Assembly: GCA_964342815.1 (NCBI GenBank)
Contig: CAYFHS010000001.1
Coordinates: forward strand, 179,849-243,848
Reading direction: 5' to 3'
From: an uncultured archaeon
GTDB taxonomy: Archaea; Thermoplasmatota; Penumbrarchaeia; JASLWR01
DNA length: 64,000 bases
Numbering within the stretch: the first letter of the stretch is position 1; each line of letters starts with the position of its first letter. The translations under genes and the position numbers were made by a program. The notes beneath the pieces were generated by a model that was not told the origin of the DNA, did not search any database, and worked only from the letters and a program-made list of their open reading frames with translations. Below are positions 21,462 through 29,686 of the stretch, piece by piece.

Positions 21462-22145
21462 ATGTCAGGTATTGGATTGCTGAATGAAAAGCCGCTTCAT
21501 GCATCGCTGAAGGAGTGGTACGCCCAACCGGGAGACCGATTCGAGGTTGAGGTTGATGGATTTGTCATCGATATCGTTCGAGAGGATCTGCTGCTGGAAA
21601 TTCAGACCGGCAATTTCGCATCCATAAAATCGAAGCTGAAAGAGCTGATAGCTAGGCATCCGATACGATTGATCTATCCGATAGCTCAGGAGAAATGGAT
21701 CGTCAAGCAACCTAAGGATAACAGCAGTGCCGTGACACGCCGCAAGTCGCCCAAAAGGGGGCGGGTGGAGGATATGTTCTGGGAAATGGTGAGTTTCCCT
21801 CATATGTTTATGAATACTAACTTCTCCCTCGAAATATTGTTGATAAGGGAAGAAGAGCAAAGACGGTTCGAGGGGAAACGTAAATGGCGCACTAGGGGAT
21901 GGGGCATTGAGGAGCGTCGCTTGCTGGAAGTGGTGTACCGTAAATTATTCGAGGAGCCCGCAGATTTATTAGAGCTGATTCCGGAGAACTTAGAAGAACC
22001 ATTTAGCACAAAAGATTTGGCCGAAGCGATGGGCATCAGGAGACAATTGGCGCAGAAGATGGCCTATTGTTTACGTAAAGCGGGAGTGATCAATGTGATA
22101 GGAAAGCGGGGACGGTTTATTCTATACAGGGTGGCTGGCGCCTAA
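21462..22145 (+). CDS. Hypothetical protein, PD-(D/E)XK nuclease-like N-terminus plus C-terminal winged HTH
   Basis: EKPLH...EVEVDGFVIDIV...LLEIQT nuclease-like core; FSTKDLAEAMGI...AQKMAYCLRKAGVI..IGKRGR wHTH. Confidence 0.65.
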   Translation: MSGIGLLNEKPLHASLKEWYAQPGDRFEVEVDGFVIDIVREDLLLEIQTGNFASIKSKLKELIARHPIRLIYPIAQEKWIVKQPKDNSSAVTRRKSPKRGRVEDMFWEMVSFPHMFMNTNFSLEILLIREEEQRRFEGKRKWRTRGWGIEERRLLEVVYRKLFEEPADLLELIPENLEEPFSTKDLAEAMGIRRQLAQKMAYCLRKAGVINVIGKRGRFILYRVAGA

Positions 22146-22215
22146 TGTCTTGTGGATTCCCGAAGTTGCAACGGAGCCGACAGGCGAGAGTCTGAAACTC
22201 GCGAGTTATGCGAGG
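22140..22215 (+). mobile_element. attC-like (integron cassette) recombination site, degenerate
   Basis: The gene stop lies inside GCCTAAT (R''-like, consensus RYYYAAC) and the site ends in GTTATGCGAG (R'-like). Internal complementarity is only partial. Confidence 0.35.
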
Positions 22216-22387
22216 ACGTTAGTCCCGAGCATGACGGGGGGCGCTAGACCCTCGACATGCGCAGTTTGCAATGTGTTCCTTCAATATATTTCTATTATTT
22301 TTCGGAAAATCTAAATATTAAGAAAGTTAATCTATCCTAACTATATGCATATAAAAAGACATTATTTTTAATTCTGGGAATGTAACT

Positions 22388-23470
22388 ATGAGTGAATCAC
22401 AAGACATTGGATACCATTGTTTTCACGAATCAGATTGGGATTATTTTAAAGATTCAATCGGGGATTTTGATAAACAATGGGAAGAAGTAACAAATAACCT
22501 GGGGAGTGATTTTTTATCTTATTTACAATCATTTCTTTTCGAAAACCAATATTTCTTTTCTGAAGATTGTACTTTTCAAGTTGAACTAATCATTGATACA
22601 AATATAGTGTTTGGGGAAATAAGAGCAATATTGAAAGGGAAACCCTCATTCCTAATGTCTATTATTGGAAATCCATTCTTAAAATTGTATGCTCCACCCG
22701 AAATAGTAGAAGAAACTATCTCGACAATAGAAAATGACTTGCCAAGAAATTTAAACCAAATCAAAGCAAAAGAAGTAGCTATGAACATCTTATCTCAAAT
22801 CGAGATATTACGGGGACAACGTCTTGAATCATGGATTCATGCATATCATTTGATAGGAGAGCGCGATAAGAAAGATGTCCCCTTTTTATCCCTCGCATTT
22901 TCATTGGAATCTCATGGAATTATGACCCGGGATAAAGATTTCGAAGATCAAACGGATGTGAGAATATGGAAATTGGGGGAAGCAGGAAGAATGGTATCCG
23001 ATTTTAGTAAAGGATCGTTCTCATTTTTCATATTAGGTAATTTCATACCAAGATTGATACAATTTTGTTATTGGTTGTGTGTAAGTTTTTTAAAATTCGT
23101 TGCTGATGTAGTTAAAGGATTTATTTCCGTTATTACAGCCCTAATAAAGGGGGGAGCAGATGCATTATCACGAATTCCAAAATGGATTTTATTCAGTGCA
23201 TTAGGTTTAGTTGCAATTACATTAATCTGTTCTGAAAAAGCAAGAGAACGAATTGGAAATTTTATGAAAGATATTGGTAAAATAGCCTTATTTGCTTTTA
23301 ATGAAATTAAGAAATTATTTAAAAGAGTAATTGAGGGCATTCGACAAATGATTCAATTATTAATGCCTTTCATTTCAGTCGTTATTAATGCGGTTGGCTA
23401 TCTATTTTATCATGTCCAACGACTCATTAATAGAATTCATGAGCTCGAAGAATCTAGAGCCGAATTGTAA
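22388..23470 (+). CDS. PIN-domain ribonuclease fused to a hydrophobic/amphipathic C-terminal helical region
   Basis: LIIDTNIV, VEET, DKKDVPFLSLA and IMTRDKDF supply the PIN acidic residues. The C-terminal ~150 aa are long hydrophobic/amphipathic helices. AT-rich. Confidence 0.8.
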   Translation: MSESQDIGYHCFHESDWDYFKDSIGDFDKQWEEVTNNLGSDFLSYLQSFLFENQYFFSEDCTFQVELIIDTNIVFGEIRAILKGKPSFLMSIIGNPFLKLYAPPEIVEETISTIENDLPRNLNQIKAKEVAMNILSQIEILRGQRLESWIHAYHLIGERDKKDVPFLSLAFSLESHGIMTRDKDFEDQTDVRIWKLGEAGRMVSDFSKGSFSFFILGNFIPRLIQFCYWLCVSFLKFVADVVKGFISVITALIKGGADALSRIPKWILFSALGLVAITLICSEKARERIGNFMKDIGKIALFAFNEIKKLFKRVIEGIRQMIQLLMPFISVVINAVGYLFYHVQRLINRIHELEESRAEL

Positions 23471-23596
23471 TTTTCCAAATCCCCTGATGCTTAATAATTA
23501 TGAGTTTTGTCATATAAAGTGAAACTTATGTTGTAGAATAAAAATAATTGAGGTTGAATATAGGTATATTCCTAGATATATAAGGAACACAATGCA

Positions 23597-23655
23597 TTTC
23601 GCCATAACTCCGCTATTGACGAACAAAAAGTTCAGAAAGGTGGAGTTATGCGAAA
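23597..23655 (+). mobile_element. attC-like imperfect hairpin
   Basis: TTTCGCCATAACTCC...GAAC-AAAAA-GTTC...GGAGTTATGCGAAA; R''-like CCATAAC at 23602-23608 and R'-like GTTATGC at 23645-23651. Confidence 0.45.
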
Positions 23656-23924
23656 TTATTACGAATCATTCGCCTAAATCCTAAAAACCTTCCTTGGATT
23701 CCAAACTACAACAGCTTTTTCCGCTACATCTTTCACTACTTCGTCACCCACCTGTCACAAGATATAACTGCATCTAATTGGCTCCTCATATCTGGGAACT
23801 CCAAAGGTCGTAATTATGGATATATTTATTCTGGGTCCAAGCTTTGCAATTATGATGAATATCAAAATAACAAACCCTTGCGAAATCTTTATTGATTTTA
23901 ACTTGTATCAAACAGGTCGATCAT

Positions 23925-24794
23925 ATGTCCGAGCAAATAAAAAATGCTACTTTGGAACTTTTGAGAAGAGCCGCCACATCGTTGCCCACCGACGTCATGA
24001 ACGCCTTAAACCATACCTATGAGAGTGAAGAATCACCCGCCGCGAAGATGAACCTGAAGGCTATTCTTGAAAATGTGAATGTTGCTGAAGAACAGTCGCT
24101 ACCCATGTGCCAAGATACGGGAGCACCCATTTTTTGGATATATTATCCCAAGTCCTATTCCCAGTTAGAGCTTCGTAAGCAGATCAACAAAGCGGTAAGA
24201 GTTGCTTCGGAAATTCCTTATCTTCGACCCAATGCCGTCGATTCCATTACCGGCAAGAATTCCGGGGATAATATCGGTAATGGCGTTCCGGTATTTCATT
24301 TCAAAGAATGGGCTGAAAATCATATCATGGTCGAGCTGATGCTGAAGGGCGGCGGCTCAGAGAATGTATCCCCCCAGTACAAGTTACCCGACTCGTCACT
24401 GGGGGCGGGCCGCAACCTGGAGGGTGTAAGAAAATGCGTTATCGATGCCGTTTTCAGGGCTCAGGGATTGGGCTGTGCTCCGGGGGTGATAGGAGTGGCC
24501 ATTGGGGGTAACCGAGACACCGCGTATGCAGCGGCAAAAAGAGCTCTTATGCGGCCTTTCGATTATCAGAATCACGTACCCGAATTGAACGAACTGGAAC
24601 AAAGATTAATGAAGGAATTGAACGAGCTGGGTATCGGTCCAATGGGTTTTGGGGGGAAAACAACCGTGCTCGCCGTCAAGGCCGTGGCTTTACATCGGCT
24701 TCCCGCCTGCTTCTTCGTTACAATTGCATATAACTGCTGGGCCCTGCGCCGTCAGACAATGATCATCAAGGGAGGTGTGGTTAGCTATGACTGA
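23925..24794 (+). CDS. fumA: Fe-S hydro-lyase alpha subunit (class I fumarate hydratase / tartrate dehydratase family)
   Basis: PMCQDTG, LRPNAVD, KGGGSEN, GCAPGVIGVAIGG and GIGPMGFGGKTT motifs. ATG 23925 preferred. Confidence 0.9.
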   Translation: MSEQIKNATLELLRRAATSLPTDVMNALNHTYESEESPAAKMNLKAILENVNVAEEQSLPMCQDTGAPIFWIYYPKSYSQLELRKQINKAVRVASEIPYLRPNAVDSITGKNSGDNIGNGVPVFHFKEWAENHIMVELMLKGGGSENVSPQYKLPDSSLGAGRNLEGVRKCVIDAVFRAQGLGCAPGVIGVAIGGNRDTAYAAAKRALMRPFDYQNHVPELNELEQRLMKELNELGIGPMGFGGKTTVLAVKAVALHRLPACFFVTIAYNCWALRRQTMIIKGGVVSYD

Positions 24795-25365
24795 GCTGAG
24801 ATTACCCACCGATGAAGCTACCGTTAGAGAGCTGAACGTAGGAGATTTCGTCGAAATAACGGGTATCATGTTTACTGGACGGGATGCCGCCCATACTTTT
24901 TTGATGGAAAAAGACCGGGAAAAATTCAAGGAGTTGCTGAAAGGCAGAATAATATATCACTGTGGACCCGTCGTAAAAAAAGTCCACGGGGAGTGGAAGT
25001 TCATTTCAGCCGGACCTACAACGAGCATTCGTGAAGAACCGTATCAGGCGGATGTTTTCAAACGGTACGGTCTAAGAGGGGCACTGGGTAAAGGCGGGAT
25101 GGGGAAAAAAACCATTGCAGGGTGCAAGGAATTCGGTGCGGTTTACCTGCATGCCGTAGGCGGGGCGGGAGCGCTGGCAGCCGCCTCAGTAAAAAGAGTG
25201 AAAAATGTATACATGCTCGAGGAATTCGGCGTACCGGAAGCTTTCTGGGAGATCGACGTGGAGCGGTTTCCAGCAGTGGTGACCATTGATTCCAAGGGCC
25301 GGAGCCTTCACGAAACGGTAAGGAGAAATTCTAAAACAGAATACCGAAGACTTCTGGGAATCTGA
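24787..25365 (+). CDS. fumB: Fe-S hydro-lyase beta subunit (class I fumarate hydratase)
   Basis: TGRDAAH, IYHCGPVV, GPTTSIR, GKGGMG and VTIDSKG motifs; overlaps the alpha-subunit stop. Confidence 0.9.
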   Translation: MTELRLPTDEATVRELNVGDFVEITGIMFTGRDAAHTFLMEKDREKFKELLKGRIIYHCGPVVKKVHGEWKFISAGPTTSIREEPYQADVFKRYGLRGALGKGGMGKKTIAGCKEFGAVYLHAVGGAGALAAASVKRVKNVYMLEEFGVPEAFWEIDVERFPAVVTIDSKGRSLHETVRRNSKTEYRRLLGI

Positions 25366-25549
25366 TTTTTTATCGGCCTTTTTATTGATATTGATAATTA
25401 TCGTGTGGCACCATTTTCCGATAGGTCTCGAAATAATGTAAATGTCTGGGAAAATTATATATTTCGGTATTTCCGGGAAAAAATCTATTTAAAAATGCAT
25501 CATTAACCATCACTGACCCCAGTGTGATGTCCCAGGAGGAAACTACCAG

Positions 25550-27511
25550 ATGAGGATTGGTGTGTACGTCTGTCATTGCGGAGGAAATATATCCGAAGTT
25601 GTGGATGTGGAAGCCGTTTCGATGTTTGCGGACGATCAACAAGACGTCGTATTGGCCCGGGATTATTCACATATGTGCTCGGAAGCGGGACAGAAACTTA
25701 TTTTGGACGATATACGAGATCATGAGTTGGATCGGGTCGTGGTGGCTGCCTGTTCACCTCAATTTCATGAAAGGACCTTTATGACACTTATGGAAAGGGC
25801 GGGTCTATCCCCCTATCTTCTGGAGATCGTCAATCTGCGTGAGCACTGTTCGTGGCCCCATTTTGGAAAGCCAGTAGAGGCCACTGAAAAGGCCAAGGAT
25901 CTGACCAGTATTGGAATCGCAAAGGTACGTCTTGACGAGCCATTGGAAAAGAAATCCATGCCAATAGGTAAGAGAGTACTGGTCATAGGGGCCGGAGTGG
26001 CTGGGATCCAGGCAGCTCTTGACCTGGGGGACGCGGGCTTCGAAGTATCTCTAGTTGAACGGGAACCCACCATCGGCGGAAAGATGGCCCAGCTTTCAAA
26101 GACATTTCCCACTGAAGACTGCGCCGCTTGTATCCTCTCACCCAAGATGGCAGATGTTCCAGCAAATCCGAACATTACTCTGTATACTTATTCAGAAGTT
26201 GAGAGCATCAGCGGTTCTCTTGGAAATTATGAGGTGACTATTGAAAAAAAACCCCGATATGTTGATACGGAAAAATGCGTAGGGTGCGGGATTTGTGTGG
26301 CGAAATGCCCCGTAAAGGTTCCGAATAGATTCGATGAAGGATTGGAAAACCGGAAAGCTATTTATCTTCCAAGTGATCTGGCCGTCCCCTACAAATACCT
26401 CATTGATGAAACCGCATGTCTTCATCTCACCAAGGATAAATGCGGGCTCTGTGAAAAATTCTGCCCACAAGATGCGGTAGATTTCGAACAGGAACCCGAA
26501 AGAATAACATTTACAGTGGATACCATCATAGTCGCTACCGGTTTTGACGTTTTCGATGCCGCGGAAAAAAAGGTATACGGTTACGGAAAGTATGAAAATG
26601 TTCTAACCGCATTAGAGATGGAACGGATATTATCGCATATCTCCAATGGTAACGAGATAAAGGAGATCGGCAATAGGATTGCCTTCATTCAATGTGTGGG
26701 ATCACGTGACGAGCAGGTCGGAAATGAATACTGTTCAAAGATCTGCTGTATGTACGCGAGTAAACAGGCTCAATTGCTCAAACGTGCCGATCCCGACAGG
26801 GATATCTATGTGTTCTACACCGATCTGCGGGCAACTGGAAAGGGATTTGAGGAATATTACAAGAGAGCACAGAAGGAAGGGGTCAAATTCATACGTGGAA
26901 GGGTGGCTGAGGCCTTAGAGGATTCCAATACGAAGAAAGTGACGCTGAAGGCGGAAGACACGCTAACCCGCAGCCTGATCGAATCGGAATTCGATACGGT
27001 AGTCCTATCAGTGGGTTTGATACCCAACAAGGGTACCGAGAAGGTCGCCGATATTCTAAGGTTGGCAAAGTCCCCGGACGGTTTTTTAAAGGAAGCTCAC
27101 CTGAAGTTCAAACCGGTAGACACCATTACCGAGGGAGTTTTCATCTGCGGGTGCGCGCAGAGCCCAAAGGATATTCCCGATACGGTGGCCCAGGCCAGTG
27201 CCGCCGCGGCAAGGGCCATGAGGCTCATGAACCGTGGTGTGTACGAAATGGACCCGGTAAAATCATTCGTCTTGGATGATCATTGTGACGGGTGCGCCTA
27301 CTGCGTGGACCCCTGTCCATATAAGGCTCTGACTCTCATAGAGTACATGAGGGATGGGGAGATAAAGAAGACTGTTGAAACAAATGAAGTTGCTTGCAGG
27401 GGCTGCGGAGTTTGCATGGCGACATGCCCCCACGAGGGTATCTACGTGAAACACTTCCGAACGGACATGATTTCAGCAATGGTGGATGCTGCCCTGGTAA
27501 GAAACGGGTGA
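25550..27511 (+). CDS. hdrA: Heterodisulfide reductase subunit A (FAD, electron-bifurcating family)
   Basis: IGVYVCHCGGNI, VAACSP, NLREHCSW, GAGVAG, FPTEDCAACIL, CVGSRD, CSKICCMY and GCAQSPKDI motifs; inserted and C-terminal 2x[4Fe-4S] domains; no MvhD fusion. Confidence 0.96.
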   Translation: MRIGVYVCHCGGNISEVVDVEAVSMFADDQQDVVLARDYSHMCSEAGQKLILDDIRDHELDRVVVAACSPQFHERTFMTLMERAGLSPYLLEIVNLREHCSWPHFGKPVEATEKAKDLTSIGIAKVRLDEPLEKKSMPIGKRVLVIGAGVAGIQAALDLGDAGFEVSLVEREPTIGGKMAQLSKTFPTEDCAACILSPKMADVPANPNITLYTYSEVESISGSLGNYEVTIEKKPRYVDTEKCVGCGICVAKCPVKVPNRFDEGLENRKAIYLPSDLAVPYKYLIDETACLHLTKDKCGLCEKFCPQDAVDFEQEPERITFTVDTIIVATGFDVFDAAEKKVYGYGKYENVLTALEMERILSHISNGNEIKEIGNRIAFIQCVGSRDEQVGNEYCSKICCMYASKQAQLLKRADPDRDIYVFYTDLRATGKGFEEYYKRAQKEGVKFIRGRVAEALEDSNTKKVTLKAEDTLTRSLIESEFDTVVLSVGLIPNKGTEKVADILRLAKSPDGFLKEAHLKFKPVDTITEGVFICGCAQSPKDIPDTVAQASAAAARAMRLMNRGVYEMDPVKSFVLDDHCDGCAYCVDPCPYKALTLIEYMRDGEIKKTVETNEVACRGCGVCMATCPHEGIYVKHFRTDMISAMVDAALVRNG

Positions 27512-27580
27512 GACAAATGCTCGACAATGAAATGATATCAAGATTTACCAATAATTCCTTCAAAATAGGAGGGTGCCGTT

Positions 27581-27985
27581 ATGGTAGATAAGATAGTTTT
27601 CTCCTCGGATAACGTGAAATTTCAGGAAAAAATATCTAAATTGAGCGGAGAGGTAATTACTCTGTGCGACCAGTGCGGTACATGTTCCGGGGGCTGTCCA
27701 TTTATGGCAGATATGGATATAACTCCATCTCAGATCATGAGAATGGTTCAACTGGGTCAGAAAGAGGTTATGGAAACCTTTGCCATATGGATCTGTGCTT
27801 CATGTTTCACCTGCACAATTCGATGTCCCCGGGGATTGGACATTTCTAAAGTTGCGGAAGCCTTGAGACAGGTGATCCTGAGACGAGCTGCAGACCATGT
27901 GGACCTTAAGTCCCTTTCGGAGGATGAAGTGGCGAAACTACCTCAAATAGCCGTAATAAGTGCCTGCCGCAAGTTAACTGGATAG
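27581..27985 (+). CDS. hdrC: Heterodisulfide reductase subunit C
   Basis: CDQCGTCSGGCP and CASCFTCTIRCP; GGAGGGTG RBS. Confidence 0.92.
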   Translation: MVDKIVFSSDNVKFQEKISKLSGEVITLCDQCGTCSGGCPFMADMDITPSQIMRMVQLGQKEVMETFAIWICASCFTCTIRCPRGLDISKVAEALRQVILRRAADHVDLKSLSEDEVAKLPQIAVISACRKLTG

Positions 27986-27996
27986 GTGAAAAAGGA

Positions 27997-28896
27997 ATGA
28001 AGATACCGTATTTTCCCGGATGCACCCTCAAAACAACGGCGAGGAACTTTGACGTCACAGCCAGAGCCGCAGCCAAGATACTGGATGTGGAGTTAGTGGA
28101 GCTGGACAAATGGAATTGCTGTGGAACGGTATACTCATTACTTGCTGACAACCTGATGAATCATCTTGCCCCCGTGAGAAACTTCATAAGGGTGCAGGGT
28201 ATGAAGGATGAAGGGATCATTGATGATGGGAACAAGCTGGTCACATTATGTTCAATGTGTTTCAATACAATGAAGAGTGCGAACCATCGGATGAAAAATT
28301 CACCTGGAGACCTAAGGAAGATCAATGAATTCATGTATCGGGAAAAGGATTATAACAGAAATGTGGAGGTTGTCCACTTTCTAGAACTGATAAAAGAAAT
28401 CGGTTACGAAAAAGTCAGGGAAAAGGTCAGCAAACCTCTCGGGAACATGAAAATTTCCCCGTATTACGGATGCATGTTATTGAGGCCGAAAGAGATATCC
28501 ATCGATGATCCTGAGGACCCTATGATTCTTGAGGAATTAATGACGTCGCTTGGGGCAGTCATTGTGGACAATCCCCTCAAAAAGATGTGTTGTGGGACAT
28601 ACCAGACGGCAAGGGACAAAGGGATAGTGGTACGGTTGGCCGGGGATATTCTTTCCCGCTCGGTATACGAGGGAGCCGATGCAATAATCACCAGCTGCCC
28701 GCTTTGTGCCTTCAATCTCGATGACAGGCAGAAGGATATTGTCCAAAAGGAGCCGACTTTTAAAAAGATTCCTGTATTCTATTTCACCCAGTTGATGGCC
28801 CTGGCCTTCGGCCTTGGCCAGGAAATATGCCTCTTTGATCTGAATTATGTTGATCCCAGGCCGCTGCTACTAGAAAAAGGACTTTTGGAGAGATGA
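27997..28896 (+). CDS. hdrB: Heterodisulfide reductase subunit B (two CCG domains)
   Basis: YFPGCT, WNCCG, CSMC, YYGC, CCG and CPLC motifs. Confidence 0.93.
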   Translation: MKIPYFPGCTLKTTARNFDVTARAAAKILDVELVELDKWNCCGTVYSLLADNLMNHLAPVRNFIRVQGMKDEGIIDDGNKLVTLCSMCFNTMKSANHRMKNSPGDLRKINEFMYREKDYNRNVEVVHFLELIKEIGYEKVREKVSKPLGNMKISPYYGCMLLRPKEISIDDPEDPMILEELMTSLGAVIVDNPLKKMCCGTYQTARDKGIVVRLAGDILSRSVYEGADAIITSCPLCAFNLDDRQKDIVQKEPTFKKIPVFYFTQLMALAFGLGQEICLFDLNYVDPRPLLLEKGLLER

Positions 28897-29666
28897 CAAA
28901 GGTGGAAATAATGACTAACAATATGGATATCATGGACCGGATCACACAAGCTAACGAATCGGTAATATCCGGGATCGACGCTAAGGATGTCGAGCATTGG
29001 GTGACAATATACATAATGGGAAAGGCATACGAGGTTCCAGCAGGTTTGACCATCATGCAGGCAATGGAGTACGCAGGATACCAGTTCGTGAGATCGGCGG
29101 GATGCCGGGCGGGATTCTGCGGAGCTTGTGCCACTGTATTTCGGAAAAAGGGCAATTACAAACTCTCGTCAGCCATGGCATGTCAGACAGTGGCGGAAGA
29201 GGGAATGTATCTTGTCCAGATTCCCTTTACGCCCGGGGAGAAAGCAATCTACGACATAGGGAAAGAAAGTTACGATGTATCTGTCTTTTTCCGTCACTAC
29301 CCCGAGATTGCGCGATGTTTATCATGCAATACCTGCACAAAAGCATGCCCCCAGGACCTGGAAGTGATGGATTATATACAGGCAGCTATAAGGGGAGATT
29401 TCAGCGATATTGCACACGGTTCTTTCGACTGTATTCAGTGCGGTCTTTGCGCCATGAGATGCCCCGCGGAGATGGTGCAATATCATATAGCCCAGTTGGC
29501 AAGGAGAATGTACGGGCGCTACGGCAATCCGGAACCGGACCATCTAAGGGATAGGTTGAACGAGTTGAAGGAATGTAAATTCGAAGGGGAACTTGATGAA
29601 CTTGTAAAGGCCGATCGAGATGAACTTGCAAGGCGATATGCCCAGCGGGATATGAAAATAAAGTGA
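28893..29666 (+). CDS. frdB: Fumarate reductase/succinate dehydrogenase-type iron-sulfur subunit ([2Fe-2S] + 2x[4Fe-4S])
   Basis: GCRAGFCGAC...AMAC (2Fe-2S), CLSCNTCTKACP and CIQCGLCAMRCP; ATGA overlap with hdrB. Confidence 0.82.
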   Translation: MTKVEIMTNNMDIMDRITQANESVISGIDAKDVEHWVTIYIMGKAYEVPAGLTIMQAMEYAGYQFVRSAGCRAGFCGACATVFRKKGNYKLSSAMACQTVAEEGMYLVQIPFTPGEKAIYDIGKESYDVSVFFRHYPEIARCLSCNTCTKACPQDLEVMDYIQAAIRGDFSDIAHGSFDCIQCGLCAMRCPAEMVQYHIAQLARRMYGRYGNPEPDHLRDRLNELKECKFEGELDELVKADRDELARRYAQRDMKIK

Positions 29667-29686
29667 TTAGCGGAGGAGGATACGAT

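Noticed and set aside
27518-27591. Tiny ORF between hdrA and hdrC as a possible mvhD remnant
   Set aside because: 24 aa with one Cys and none of the MvhD CxxC/2Fe-2S motifs; overlaps the hdrC RBS.
25550-28896. hdrABC as evidence of methanogenesis
   Set aside because: No mcr, mtr or methyltransferase genes in the window; HdrABC is common in non-methanogens and the context here is fumarate metabolism.
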